Source of the DNA: a virus
Length of the DNA stretch: 64,000 nucleotides
Virus record (IMG/VR): IMGVR_UViG_3300008050_000019
Direction: 5' to 3' (one strand)
Part shown: positions 17,893 to 28,093 of the stretch, one piece after another
How positions within the stretch are numbered: the first letter of the stretch is position 1
Layout of the letters: each line of letters starts with the position of its first letter
Program-made: the position numbers and the translations under genes
The notes under the pieces: model-generated
What the model was told of the DNA's origin: nothing
What the model saw: only the letters and a program-made list of their open reading frames with translations
Databases searched by the model: none

Positions 17893-18900
17893 TTACCAAG
17901 TTTCCCTGATGCGTTTTATTAAAGCTTTTTTGCCCCCAGGGATAGAATTCGCAGTGCTAATCTTCAGATGTTTTCTAGCATATTCGCGCAATTGCTTGAG
18001 TGTAAAATCTTCGAGTGGGTAAATGGTAAACTTAGTCCAGTCTGGTTGAGTTGGCTTAACTACGGGGTGGCCGGCTGGCTGGCTGTGGATATCACTCGGA
18101 CGGCCAAGCTCAAAAGGATCACCACAATCACCATAATCATCACAATCATCGCAATCATCAATGCTCACATCATCATCTCTATATGACCATGTAACAGATG
18201 GCAGTGCTTGTGTATACTCATGCAAAACAGTATACTTACAAACTCTTACTTTCTGGTATGAACAATCATAGGGAACACAAACGACGTCAGCTGGATCCAC
18301 TTCACAGATCAGAATCCTACTTCCGTTACCAAAACCTTCAGCGTATTCAAGCGCGCCGACATGATATCCATAGCTGCATGCTGAGTTTGGGTCATCTGAA
18401 ATCTTGTTTCTGGGCATTTCATTCGTGCAGCCAGGCTTATTAGAGATCGTTTTTGTATGATGGTCAAGATAATCTTGTGTAACAGATTTGTACGCCAAAA
18501 ATGTCCCTTTATCCGTCAGGGGAATATTTTCATGCTCTAAAAATTTATATAGTTGCTCAATAGAGCGGGCGCTTGTATTATTATTCAACCGTATCCAGAA
18601 GTTCATGAATACATCTGGTGATGCGTCGTTCCTTACCATCGAAAGAATTCGTTGAGCCAGCTCAATTGGAATAGCTTCTTTTTTGTAAAGAATAGTATCA
18701 TCATCAGTTACTTCAAAATCACCTGATGCCCAGTTTTTAATTGCACTCTTTGGAGAGGCCAAAGAAAGTGCTTCATCCCAATCTTCTCGAAAGAGTGCAT
18801 CTCGCAATGAAGAAAAGTTATCATCTTCTCTATGTAAGGTCTCTAGTTCACCAGATGGTAATATTAATGTTATGACGTCGTTAGTTATGCTATATTTCAT
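17893..18900 (-). CDS. hypothetical protein with acidic Asp/Cys repeat, downstream partner of the Hsp90 homologue
   Basis: 335 aa; 'SIDDCDDCDDYGDCGD' encoded by a short tandem repeat at 18118-18158. Confidence 0.45.
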   Translation of the reverse strand: MKYSITNDVITLILPSGELETLHREDDNFSSLRDALFREDWDEALSLASPKSAIKNWASGDFEVTDDDTILYKKEAIPIELAQRILSMVRNDASPDVFMNFWIRLNNNTSARSIEQLYKFLEHENIPLTDKGTFLAYKSVTQDYLDHHTKTISNKPGCTNEMPRNKISDDPNSACSYGYHVGALEYAEGFGNGSRILICEVDPADVVCVPYDCSYQKVRVCKYTVLHEYTQALPSVTWSYRDDDVSIDDCDDCDDYGDCGDPFELGRPSDIHSQPAGHPVVKPTQPDWTKFTIYPLEDFTLKQLREYARKHLKISTANSIPGGKKALIKRIRETW

Positions 18901-18910
18901 GTATGCCTTG

Positions 18911-20902
18911 TTATGCTGCTTTTGCAGCGTCCTTTAATAGAATGTAATCCACCCAGTCTGTGATAGTACCCTCATTTACTTCACCAAAACACTTCATCAA
19001 AAGAGGGTAATCCGCAGAAAGCAAAGCTAGATAATCTTCATGTTCTGTTGGGTACACAATACCTTTACATTGTGATAAAAGATATTGAAAATTTGTCCAT
19101 TTCCATGAGATGCCTTTTGTCGCTGCATTTAGATACCTTGATAATATGTGTTCAGCAGGAAGTATAGATTTTGTACTTTTTAACAAAAGTGATGTTGCGT
19201 TTGTGTATCTCCAAGTGCTACTAATACGGTGGTTTTTCCAAGCGATATTTCTAAGTTCATCGATCACTAAAGGGTGCTTTTGTATTTCTTCATAGAAGGT
19301 AGCTCGCCATGCCGAATATGATATACCCTTTACGGTTCCAGGCTTTACCGGCGATTTTTCTGTAGATTTGTACCCGTAAATTTTTGGAAAATCAATGCCA
19401 AGTTTAGCTGCAACTTTCTTGTCTTTATCAATAATATCAAGATAATTTTTCATTTCATGGGGCACAAATCTACACAAAAGAAAGTATACGTCAGTATCTG
19501 CTTGTAGCGACACCCTGGGTATCCAGTTTTCTGATTGCAACGAGTAAACAGCTTGGGGCATAAGACGAAATGCCCTATGCCCATGTTTTGAGTTTGGTAC
19601 TTTCTTTGGTACATCTTTACCAGTCCAAGGTAAAGATGAAATTCTACTAATTGGTATACCTTCGCATCCTTGCTCTGCAACCAGAGATTCCAATTCAGCA
19701 AAAACATCATCTGCCGTGCATCCTGTTGCAGGTCGTAACGTAACAGCACCTGATGGTATCATGTACCCTTTAAGTGCTTTTCTTGTATCAATAATAATGA
19801 TCTGCGTTTGTTTTTTAGGAGGAAGTAGTGCTCTTTTTCCGTTAAAAGTTTTTGCTCTTTTGCATATAAAACTCTTCGGCTTAAAATTAAAGGGCAGTTT
19901 AATTCCAGCATTGCAAAACTTATAATAGAATATTTTCTTCTCCCAAGATGAACATTGAGAATTTTTAACTTTATGTAGTTTTGCTAGTAAATCTGTATAA
20001 AGGGTTGAAATTGTTTTCTTTAGTGCCGCCCTTGTTCTTGGAGTGTATTTTAACTCTTCTCTGTTTGCCGTGAAGTCCACTTCACCTATGTCAAAGAAAA
20101 ACCTGAATCTTGAGTACCAGCCGAAATCATAGTCATTGGTATTCATCACACTAGTAATTTCTTCTGATGAAACTTTGTATGAAATACCTCCCATAACTGC
20201 TTCATTATTGTTGGCCCGGCGTAAAAGTTCTGCTTTTGTACCCTTGAAAGTCACATCATCTAATCTATCAGATATAACGTCAGGGAGATTAAATTTAACG
20301 TTTGCGCTCATGTACTTAAATACATGTCCTGCTTTCAAAAGGAAGGCTCTGTGATCAGCTTGCTTTACAGGAATTGCAATCTCGACGCCTGTTATACCTA
20401 TATCACACTCATCTTCGTATAGCAAGCATAAAATGCCTTCATCTAATTCATCTAATGCAGCATTATATACACGCTTCATACCTTTGTGCCATGAAGTTAT
20501 GTTAAATGATGATGTATAAGAGAATGCAGCTTTTGACCCAATTCCAAGTGTACCAACTTGTTCATTAGTATCACGTTTAGTAGAAGAGCCATAACTAACG
20601 TAAACTCGTATACCTTCCTCTGATAGGCCGGGGCCGTTATCCCGTATCTTTAGAGTCGGTGTTAGTGCGGTTGGTAAGTTAACTTTAATGGGTATGTCTT
20701 CATTACCCGCTTCAGCATTTGCATCCCTAGCGTTAGCCCCATATTCACGTAACACCGCCAATATATTATCTGTATATAACTGATCTCTCATGATACGCAT
20801 CAAGTGTGCGTTATCACCGGCCTTATTAGAAATCTCGAAGCGTATTTCATCGCCGATACCAGTTGTCGTTAATGTTCTGTTTTCTAAATTAACTTTTGCC
20901 AT
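18911..20902 (-). CDS. htpG: Hsp90 / HtpG-family molecular chaperone
   Basis: GHKL N-domain motifs aligning to HtpG in order: 'HLMRIMRDQLYTDNILAVLREYGANARDA' (N box; HtpG [27 protein letters not shown]), 'IRDNGPGLSEEGI' (G1), 'YGSSTKRD', 'VGTLGIGSKAAFS' (G2; HtpG IGQFGVGFYSAF). Middle-domain 'FTANREELKYTPRTRAALKKTI' matches the HtpG catalytic-loop segment '[25 protein letters not shown]'. Length 663 aa is similar to HtpG. Confidence 0.7.
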   Translation of the reverse strand: MAKVNLENRTLTTTGIGDEIRFEISNKAGDNAHLMRIMRDQLYTDNILAVLREYGANARDANAEAGNEDIPIKVNLPTALTPTLKIRDNGPGLSEEGIRVYVSYGSSTKRDTNEQVGTLGIGSKAAFSYTSSFNITSWHKGMKRVYNAALDELDEGILCLLYEDECDIGITGVEIAIPVKQADHRAFLLKAGHVFKYMSANVKFNLPDVISDRLDDVTFKGTKAELLRRANNNEAVMGGISYKVSSEEITSVMNTNDYDFGWYSRFRFFFDIGEVDFTANREELKYTPRTRAALKKTISTLYTDLLAKLHKVKNSQCSSWEKKIFYYKFCNAGIKLPFNFKPKSFICKRAKTFNGKRALLPPKKQTQIIIIDTRKALKGYMIPSGAVTLRPATGCTADDVFAELESLVAEQGCEGIPISRISSLPWTGKDVPKKVPNSKHGHRAFRLMPQAVYSLQSENWIPRVSLQADTDVYFLLCRFVPHEMKNYLDIIDKDKKVAAKLGIDFPKIYGYKSTEKSPVKPGTVKGISYSAWRATFYEEIQKHPLVIDELRNIAWKNHRISSTWRYTNATSLLLKSTKSILPAEHILSRYLNAATKGISWKWTNFQYLLSQCKGIVYPTEHEDYLALLSADYPLLMKCFGEVNEGTITDWVDYILLKDAAKAA

Positions 20903-20908
20903 ATTTCA

Positions 20909-20981
20909 TATGATCAGAGGGACTCGAACCCTCAACATACCAGCCTGTAGTGCTGGGCTCTACCATTGAGCTATGATCACC
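20909..20981 (-). tRNA. tRNA-Val (anticodon TAC), tentative isotype
   Basis: 73-nt cloverleaf: acceptor GTGATCA/TGATCAT (G1:U72), D-arm GCTC-AATGGTA-GAGC, anticodon stem CCAGC/GCTGG with loop ACTACAG (C at position 33 is unusual), T-arm GAGGG-TTCGAGT-CCCTC. Confidence 0.55.
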
Positions 20982-20982
20982 C

Positions 20983-21345
20983 TTACCCTTTTCCGAACCC
21001 TTTCCATTCACCTGGTCTTGTCATAAAAAAGCTAGCTAATGCGGTACCTTCGTCTGGAGCTTTTTTTTCTGGTTGCTTAGGTGTCTCCCGAAACTTGTCA
21101 AAAGCAATATCGATTGCATCCTCTGTTAGATGTGATCCAGTTGGGGGTACTTGCCGTATAAAGTAAGTAACCACATCTACCACCTTTAAATCAGAAATAT
21201 TTCTGTTAGCTACAGCTTTAGTAGCTGCTACCCAGGAATCTGCATCAATGATCTCAGAGCAAAGAACCTCATGCCCACTCAAGTTTTCATAAACAAACCC
21301 CTTATGTCGTGTGTGCACTTCAGCACTGTATATTCCAAACTTCAT
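20983..21345 (-). CDS. hypothetical protein
   Basis: ORF track. Confidence 0.4.
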   Translation of the reverse strand: MKFGIYSAEVHTRHKGFVYENLSGHEVLCSEIIDADSWVAATKAVANRNISDLKVVDVVTYFIRQVPPTGSHLTEDAIDIAFDKFRETPKQPEKKAPDEGTALASFFMTRPGEWKGFGKG

Positions 21346-21507
21346 GTATTATTGTACCTTATATTAATTCTAAGAACACGCTATTTTTTTCTTTTTTTGA
21401 TGAACTCGCTCAAACTTGCATACGCCAAGACACAAAAAAGAGATGGAATTATTATCAAATAAAATATGGCGTAAAACGCATAATCTTGTGCCTTGGCTAT
21501 TATGCGT

Positions 21508-22038
21508 TTAATCATTTGACTTCGAGGCTGCGGCGGGAGTAATGGCTAACAACACAGGTTCGATGCGAAGTCTTTGAGGGTACGTTGTGTATATATATTC
21601 ACCCGTCCATTGGACATAGTTGCCGCTAGCTGTCCAGAAATAAATATACGGTGATGAACTGCCGTATGTCCCTTCATCACCTGGCGCGGGTACCACCAGG
21701 TGGCCATCGGAAGCGTAGTCAGGTGTGACAACACGCATAGTAGAAGTCAGCCTTTTGCTCCCTGAGCTAACCTTTCCCTTGACAACATGGTAAGCGATTG
21801 GTGCTCCAGATTGGCTGAATAGCGTGATATATCCCTGTAGGCCTGGATCTGACGTTAACTCTAAGCGCTTCTTCAAATTATCAACTTCAGCGTTTCCAGT
21901 AAATTTAACAGAGCGTGCCGCCTTTCTTGCCCTCTTTGCCTGGATTTGTTTCTGTGTCGGTGGCGTCCTGTCAGGGACGCATGCCGTGGATGCGCCACCA
22001 AACAACATAATAATTAATAGATTCATAAATCGATTCAT
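21508..22038 (-). CDS. lipoprotein
   Basis: Signal peptide with lipobox MNRFMNLLIIMLFGGASTAC. Confidence 0.5.
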   Translation of the reverse strand: MNRFMNLLIIMLFGGASTACVPDRTPPTQKQIQAKRARKAARSVKFTGNAEVDNLKKRLELTSDPGLQGYITLFSQSGAPIAYHVVKGKVSSGSKRLTSTMRVVTPDYASDGHLVVPAPGDEGTYGSSSPYIYFWTASGNYVQWTGEYIYTTYPQRLRIEPVLLAITPAAASKSND

Positions 22039-22448
22039 AGAACTTCACACTCTTTCATTTCTAGCTTCTCAGGTGTAGATCGACCTTTAAAAATGTTAAC
22101 GTTTGCTTTACGTGAATTTGCATTATACTTTGTAACTAGCATTCTGCACATTTGCTGCATGCCCACAAACTCGACCCTCAGTCTCCGGAGTTCTCCGGCG
22201 TCAGTTTCGGTCTCAATCAATGCACTATGTGCCCTAATATCAGACACTTTGGCTACGAATGACGCATGAACATCAAAAAACCACTCATAGTTTGTAATGA
22301 CATTATCAGTCTCGAATGTCTCGGTAACAACACGCGCTGGTGCTGTTGCCACTGCTCTGGATGCCGATGTATAATCGGTAATTATACCTAACATTCCGAT
22401 AATCACGAAAAAGGCAAATACGTATACTAAAATTCTTGAAATATCCAT
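22035..22448 (-). CDS. membrane-anchored hypothetical protein
   Basis: N-terminal TM helix ILVYVFAFFVIIGMLGIITDY; 4-nt overlap with downstream gene. Confidence 0.45.
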   Translation of the reverse strand: MDISRILVYVFAFFVIIGMLGIITDYTSASRAVATAPARVVTETFETDNVITNYEWFFDVHASFVAKVSDIRAHSALIETETDAGELRRLRVEFVGMQQMCRMLVTKYNANSRKANVNIFKGRSTPEKLEMKECEVL

Positions 22449-22494
22449 TTTACTCCTTAATTTAACCTCATTTAAATCTCAAATAGCAACTAAT

Positions 22495-23673
22495 TTATAA
22501 CCAGTCGCTCTTATCTTGCAAGCCTCTAACTGAGATCGCTACTGGAAACCGAGGAACATATTCTCTATTTGTCAACCCTTGGTAGCGAACAGTAACCATC
22601 TTTCCAATAACGGCATCTGGGTTTTTCCAAATCCATGCAAGCCTATCGAAACTGCCTTCTAATTTTGCTCTGAATGTTGCTCCGCCGCCGTTTGGGCCAA
22701 AATTAGAGCCGGTGGGGGTTTTTAACACAAAAGCACCTAGATGCCCCTTTAAAGCGCCGACGCCCTCTTTAACACCAACGACTTCAAACTCAGCGTCATC
22801 AAATTCTTTACGTTTTAGTAAATTATCTGTGCGTTTACCGCAATAAGGCATATGCGTATTACGAATCATGGTGCCTTCATATCCAGCAGATAGATAACCT
22901 GAATGTAACAATGTTACCTCGGCTTCATCTGGAACAGAGAATTTTGTTTCCACTACTACTACATGATTCGGTACCAGCTGCCCAAGAGCAGCTTTTGCCA
23001 TAAGAAACCTTTTGATAAAAGAGATATCCTGATTTAATGTACCAATTATCGGGCAATCATAAACATGATACTGTACTTGCTTTTGTTTTTCGTAATCAGC
23101 AGGAGTTGCATGCGCGTCTGTTTTTTTAACTGCCTTGATAATTGATTCAAAATCATCTTTTAAGTCATGAGAATAAAGCTCTCCATCAAGCATCGCTTCT
23201 GGATATTTTCGAAAAAAGGGTACAAGTGCCTTTCTGATGTGGGCACAAGCTTCGATAGGTTTTCTGCCCCGTGTGAAAAAGCCATCTTTAGTTGCCAAGC
23301 ATCTAATACCATCAAGTTTTGGCTGTGTAACGCACGGAAACTTAATTTTTCTCTTTTGATCTTCCCACTTCTTTGCGAGTATTGCAGTATACCCAGGTAG
23401 TGCTGCATCAGCGTTGGTGCCGATATCAGTGATGTCTTCAACATACTTCTTTCTGCTCTGTCTCAGAAGATTAGAATTCAGCTCTAGTGTTAGTTGTTCA
23501 TGTTGAGAACGGCCGGCCTTCGGTTTAATGTCTCGTGACGCCGATGTAGTCATCTTACCATTAAGTTTACCAGACACTGTCCAATATTTACACTCATCAG
23601 GTGAATGATGGATCTCCCAGACTTGAGTAGAACCCGTACTGTTAAGTTTAAATAATCGTTTATAAAGCATCAC
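22495..23673 (-). CDS. ATP-dependent DNA ligase (T7/T4 type)
   Basis: Motif I 'KLDGIRC', motif III 'MLDGELY', motif IV 'EGTMIRN', motif V 'LLKRKEF', followed by an OB-like C-terminal domain. Confidence 0.8.
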   Translation of the reverse strand: MMLYKRLFKLNSTGSTQVWEIHHSPDECKYWTVSGKLNGKMTTSASRDIKPKAGRSQHEQLTLELNSNLLRQSRKKYVEDITDIGTNADAALPGYTAILAKKWEDQKRKIKFPCVTQPKLDGIRCLATKDGFFTRGRKPIEACAHIRKALVPFFRKYPEAMLDGELYSHDLKDDFESIIKAVKKTDAHATPADYEKQKQVQYHVYDCPIIGTLNQDISFIKRFLMAKAALGQLVPNHVVVVETKFSVPDEAEVTLLHSGYLSAGYEGTMIRNTHMPYCGKRTDNLLKRKEFDDAEFEVVGVKEGVGALKGHLGAFVLKTPTGSNFGPNGGGATFRAKLEGSFDRLAWIWKNPDAVIGKMVTVRYQGLTNREYVPRFPVAISVRGLQDKSDWL

Positions 23674-23736
23674 TCACCACCCTTTAAAAGAAAAAAAGAA
23701 TCAATAACAATACCCAATGCCGCTTTATGTTCAAAG

Positions 23737-24093
23737 TTACTCAACCTTTTTTCGTTCGCATATATACTTGTAAACAGGGATTTTAATTTGGGGTACACCA
23801 TCCTCAACCTTCCCCGTCACAGAATTGATACAATCGATAGCTCTTTGTTCAGTCGGAATTTCAGAACCATCTATTTTTGATTTAATCGCCAGCCCAGTGC
23901 CGAAACCAAGAAATCCAGTGTCGGCCAAGCTAGTAAGTTGGTGCAACTTCAATTTATTTGTTGATGTTATCTCATATAATAAAGTCAAATCACTCGGTGA
24001 AGATTTTGACGTTATCTTAAGTGATGGACTTACGTCCGTATAGAGCATGTTTCCCATTCCTACCTTCTGTTTTTCCAGGCTGGACAAAACCAC
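23737..24093 (-). CDS. hypothetical protein
   Basis: ORF track. Confidence 0.4.
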   Translation of the reverse strand: MVLSSLEKQKVGMGNMLYTDVSPSLKITSKSSPSDLTLLYEITSTNKLKLHQLTSLADTGFLGFGTGLAIKSKIDGSEIPTEQRAIDCINSVTGKVEDGVPQIKIPVYKYICERKKVE

Positions 24094-24231
24094 CTGTCAT
24101 CGAACAAGCTATATGCCGTGATATCTTTAGAGCAATCATTGAATTCGTAACGAACAAATGACGTATATGCTGAGCCTGCTGCATAACCAGCTGGCACAAG
24201 CACGATGCTAAGCAACATGAATATTATTGTG

Positions 24232-24705
24232 TTATGACGCATTCGGCACCTGCAAAAGAAATGCTTCTACGTCATCAAGGAGTTCAAGATTTATGGCATA
24301 ATACTCGTCACACTCAGGTTCGATACTGTCAACCATAGCATCATAATCGCCACAATCATCGCATGTCCAGTTAACAAACTGTCCATAAAATCTATTATTT
24401 TGATGTTTTTGATACTTTGACAAAACAGAGCAAAGGATAGAGAGGGCTCTTTTTGATGCTGCAGTATTAACTATAGCTAAACCAGATTTAAGTACATCTG
24501 CCCTTAGATGGTATCTATTGTCTATCCACTGTGCCCACCCGCCATTAGTAACTTGGTAATTCATATGCCCAATAGACACTACATACTGATCAGGTATGGG
24601 TAATGCACCAATAAAATCAGTGTATGGCTTGCCTTTTAAATCACCGCTTGACCAACGAGTATGTGCAGTGTCCATTGCTTCCTGCATCTTCCTATAGTTT
24701 TTCAT
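24232..24705 (-). CDS. hypothetical protein
   Basis: ORF track; acidic Cys/Asp segment 'CDDCGDYD'. Confidence 0.4.
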   Translation of the reverse strand: MKNYRKMQEAMDTAHTRWSSGDLKGKPYTDFIGALPIPDQYVVSIGHMNYQVTNGGWAQWIDNRYHLRADVLKSGLAIVNTAASKRALSILCSVLSKYQKHQNNRFYGQFVNWTCDDCGDYDAMVDSIEPECDEYYAINLELLDDVEAFLLQVPNAS

Positions 24706-24719
24706 GGCTGCCTTCTTAT

Positions 24720-25223
24720 CTAGCTTGCGACTGCTGTATCGGTAACCTTGGTGTTGGGCTCGTCGGATGCTTCGGCTTCTGTAAGATGAACGGTCGAAGC
24801 ATCCATCTGTACTTGCAAAGCCTCTTTATCTGCAACAAGCGCTGCGAGCTTTACTTGTTGCACGGTGACGGCCTCCTCAGCACGTGTCAAGACGCCTTGG
24901 CGGTATGCGATTGCTGAGTCAGCTGCAGCAATCTTTTTCTCAAGGGAGCTGGTGCTGCTAGCAGACTTTGCACCAGTGTTGTACTTATCACTCGAATCAA
25001 AGTGTGTGTTATGCCCAACAACCTCCGTACCATCACTTAGCGCAAAGATAGGAAGGCCATTTCGACGCTCCTTGAAGAGCATATTATCCGATGGCTCTAC
25101 GACGCGCGACCCTTCAGTGATACGGCGACTAACTCTTAGCAAAGGACCATCTTCGCGGAGGGACATCTGAGTTAATAGGTTATACGTTTTTCCTGCTTCG
25201 AACTTCATTTTCTTGCCTTTCAT
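24720..25223 (-). CDS. hypothetical protein with C-terminal coiled-coil
   Basis: ORF track; Ala/Glu/Leu/Gln-rich heptad-like C-terminal half. Confidence 0.4.
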   Translation of the reverse strand: MKGKKMKFEAGKTYNLLTQMSLREDGPLLRVSRRITEGSRVVEPSDNMLFKERRNGLPIFALSDGTEVVGHNTHFDSSDKYNTGAKSASSTSSLEKKIAAADSAIAYRQGVLTRAEEAVTVQQVKLAALVADKEALQVQMDASTVHLTEAEASDEPNTKVTDTAVAS

Positions 25224-25294
25224 AATAAGGAATTATTCCTTGAATGTGATTAAATAATATATCGAATAGGACTCAAATTACACAGGTATTTTAA

Positions 25295-25630
25295 CTATTT
25301 TTGTATAATCATCGCAACCATCTGTTTATGTTTGCATTCAGTATGGCGTCGACCAGAAGGGCACGTGCATGATACATTTTTACCGTTGTATGCAACACTA
25401 TACTCACCAAGTGACCCCTTCCAGCTAAACTTAGTAACAGCCCAAGAGCCATTAAGTTCTGGAGCTACAAAATATTCATCCCCATCATGAAGAAAATGAG
25501 GGTTCGCAACATTATGAATAGTCATAGACTCAAGTTTTATTCGGTCTGGAAAGCCAGACCTCTCCTTTCTTAGAGATTGCTTAATTGGCAACATACGAAA
25601 ACCCTCTTTTCGTGAGATAGCCCTCAGCAA
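25295..25630 (-). CDS. SWIM-type zinc-finger protein
   Basis: 'CTCPSGRRHTECKH' = C-x-C-x(n)-C-x-H SWIM signature. Confidence 0.45.
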   Translation of the reverse strand: MLRAISRKEGFRMLPIKQSLRKERSGFPDRIKLESMTIHNVANPHFLHDGDEYFVAPELNGSWAVTKFSWKGSLGEYSVAYNGKNVSCTCPSGRRHTECKHKQMVAMIIQK

Positions 25631-25784
25631 CTGCGCCTAAAACATAATCAAGCGCAGTACTATTACGAATGCCAAGCTCTTTTGCTAAAGCAGCAGCCAA
25701 TGTAAATCTGTTTAATGGGCCTTTTTCTTTTGAAATTCTTTTTAGAGTATCGACATGCTTATCTGGAAATCGTTTTTTTGCCAT
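25581..25784 (-). CDS. small hypothetical protein (possible HTH)
   Basis: 67 aa; overlaps upstream ORF in another frame. Confidence 0.3.
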   Translation of the reverse strand: MAKKRFPDKHVDTLKRISKEKGPLNRFTLAAALAKELGIRNSTALDYVLGAVAEGYLTKRGFSYVAN

Positions 25785-25969
25785 TTAATTCCTTTGTGTG
25801 GAATTAAATTTTATCACGTAAGGATGACAATAGATACATAATTTTATCATAAAGCTTTATTGCTATATCAATTGTATATGGGATACCCCATAAGAGCCCA
25901 AGAAAGAGTGCTACTTGTAGTACAAGTGGACCAAATGCGTAAATTATGTATGCGATTGCAGTTGTCACA

Positions 25970-26776
25970 TTACGCGGCTTCGATCTCTGCTAATTGCTCT
26001 AAAGAGGGCTCTGCGGATTCACTAGTAATATCACCGGCCGCTGCTGCCTTAACTGCGTCTGCAGCAAGTGTTAAGGCTTCACGCTCAATGCGCTTTTCTT
26101 CACGGCGCGCTGAAGCAATCTGGCTCTGAATGTTATATTCACTGGTATCATCTACATGATTGTCGACACCAGCGACTAAAACATCACTATCAAGAATTTC
26201 GCCATCGAGCATTGCTGTTCCTGCAGAAACTTTAAAGATCATACGCTTTGATTTCGCATTTCCTTCATACACTTCGCCGTACCCAGTAAACACAACACTC
26301 GTTTGACGAGGGACATCCATGATGCCATCTCGTAAAGTCTTGCGGCTAAATTGATAGCTGATTAACTGTGTGCCCTTGTCAGGATTAGTTGGTTGAAGGC
26401 CAAGGTTAGCGACGACATTGAATGTATCACCCTCATTGAACTTCTTTTTCTTTGTCTTTGCTTTTGTCTTTGTTGGAGTAATTTGCATAATAGTATCCTT
26501 TTTTGTTTTGGTAAAAATTTTAGGTGAACCAGATATTTTAAGCATCTGGTGTAGAATGGCTAAATGAAATTTGGGAGCACCTTGAACAGGCATCAAAGAT
26601 AATGCCTGAGCGAATAATATATCGATGCGGTCTTTTTTATCAAGAGGGCATGATTTAAGTAATGCTGTAGATACTGGGGTCCCATCATTAACGAGTTGAA
26701 GCGCTTTAGTGATGATTTCTCCAATATCCGTATTAACCATATAAAGAATTATATTACTATAATTCACCTTAGGCAC
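25970..26776 (-). CDS. hypothetical protein
   Basis: 268-aa ORF; Lys/Thr-rich linker in the middle. Confidence 0.4.
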   Translation of the reverse strand: MPKVNYSNIILYMVNTDIGEIITKALQLVNDGTPVSTALLKSCPLDKKDRIDILFAQALSLMPVQGAPKFHLAILHQMLKISGSPKIFTKTKKDTIMQITPTKTKAKTKKKKFNEGDTFNVVANLGLQPTNPDKGTQLISYQFSRKTLRDGIMDVPRQTSVVFTGYGEVYEGNAKSKRMIFKVSAGTAMLDGEILDSDVLVAGVDNHVDDTSEYNIQSQIASARREEKRIEREALTLAADAVKAAAAGDITSESAEPSLEQLAEIEAA

Positions 26777-26779
26777 ATA

Positions 26780-27517
26780 TTAATAATTTTTTGTTGCGAC
26801 GTTTGATCCAGCAGGGGATGGATGGTAAAGTTGTTTTGTGGTGGTTGTGTAACCATAATCGAGGATGACGATTCGACCATCAGGAGTTTGCCCCCATTGT
26901 TCTTCGCGGCTCAAGTCGTCAATGACAAGTTCAGTCGTCTTTAAAAGAGAAATCAAAGATTCAGCAAACGAGAAGCACTCTTCATTACAATATTCAGTGT
27001 AATCTTCTTTCTTTCCGCCCCCCATCAGGCCTTTGACTATAAGCGTAATACTGTATAAGCTTGTCCCAAACCTACTCTCGAAAACGTCCTCAGCGCCTCT
27101 GTCCATTGGACGAACAAGCTCTGCTATTAACCATGAATAATCATCGCTATAGTTTGCAATTTTTGTAGTTAACTGCTTTGTTGCAGGGTTAGTGAAAATG
27201 TCAATCTCAGCTTCATTTTGCGCGATCCCTTTTTTATTGTAAGCAACTTTTAGTACATATCTCGTATTTAAGATGTAAGCCTTACGAGATGACCCTGCAT
27301 CAAATTTCTTTAATGTATTATTAGCATACGCAACAACATCTTTTACAGAAGTTAATGACTTCAAATGCTCTAACCTAAATGGTCTCTTCCGCTCTTCAAT
27401 TACAAATTGAACATATTCTTCCAATATTCCCATATTATGTACATATGGCTGTGCTTGTATGAATTGCCTATTTGAGCGTCTTGATAACTTCTTTTTTCTT
27501 AGCTTCTTTTTCGTCAA
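26780..27517 (-). CDS. hypothetical protein, possible atypical kinase-like fold
   Basis: 'FDAGSSRKAYILNTRYVLKVA' resembles a Gly-rich loop plus VAIK Lys, and 'IVILDYG' resembles the DFG region; weak. Confidence 0.3.
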   Translation of the reverse strand: MTKKKLRKKKLSRRSNRQFIQAQPYVHNMGILEEYVQFVIEERKRPFRLEHLKSLTSVKDVVAYANNTLKKFDAGSSRKAYILNTRYVLKVAYNKKGIAQNEAEIDIFTNPATKQLTTKIANYSDDYSWLIAELVRPMDRGAEDVFESRFGTSLYSITLIVKGLMGGGKKEDYTEYCNEECFSFAESLISLLKTTELVIDDLSREEQWGQTPDGRIVILDYGYTTTTKQLYHPSPAGSNVATKNY

Positions 27518-27791
27518 GAATATTATGCTGGTTTATAATTTCGTCAACCGTTGCATTAATAAAGTTGTGATCAGGTTTCACGTTTAAATTGTTTAATAAA
27601 TTAAATAACAACATCCTCATTAAGCCTTTTCTACATGAAATATCTTCATGTTCCGAACTTGAAACAGTAGCATTTGATTCTCTCATAGCATTAGCAATAA
27701 GAATGCTATGATCTCTTTGATCACCACCAAGAACCCAAGGAATGAACTTAAACAGTGTAGCGATGTCTAATAAAGCTTTGTCAACATTCAT
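27468..27791 (-). CDS. hypothetical protein
   Basis: ORF track. Confidence 0.35.
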   Translation of the reverse strand: MNVDKALLDIATLFKFIPWVLGGDQRDHSILIANAMRESNATVSSSEHEDISCRKGLMRMLLFNLLNNLNVKPDHNFINATVDEIINQHNILDEKEAKKKEVIKTLK

Positions 27792-28093
27792 TCAGCTACC
27801 CATAATTCATTCGAGTCTAATACAGGCAACGAATTAATTGTATCACTATCATATGATGTATACTGATCCCAGCCAAGAGAAATTCTGTAACGAAGAGGTA
27901 CAATTAATAACCCTCTTGGATCTGGTTTTTGGCCAAAATGGCCTGTTGTCTTCGAGTAATTCGAGTTTACTTTGGGGCGATCAAGTTTTGCAGATTTTTG
28001 CTTATTCAAGCCCAGTATATCACATGTTTCATGAGCATGCTCTTTTGTTTCAAAAAAGAGTTTTATTGTTCTTTGTTTTTTCTTTGTTGCCAT
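27788..28093 (-). CDS. hypothetical protein
   Basis: ORF track; 4-nt overlap with neighbour. Confidence 0.4.
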   Translation of the reverse strand: MATKKKQRTIKLFFETKEHAHETCDILGLNKQKSAKLDRPKVNSNYSKTTGHFGQKPDPRGLLIVPLRYRISLGWDQYTSYDSDTINSLPVLDSNELWVAE

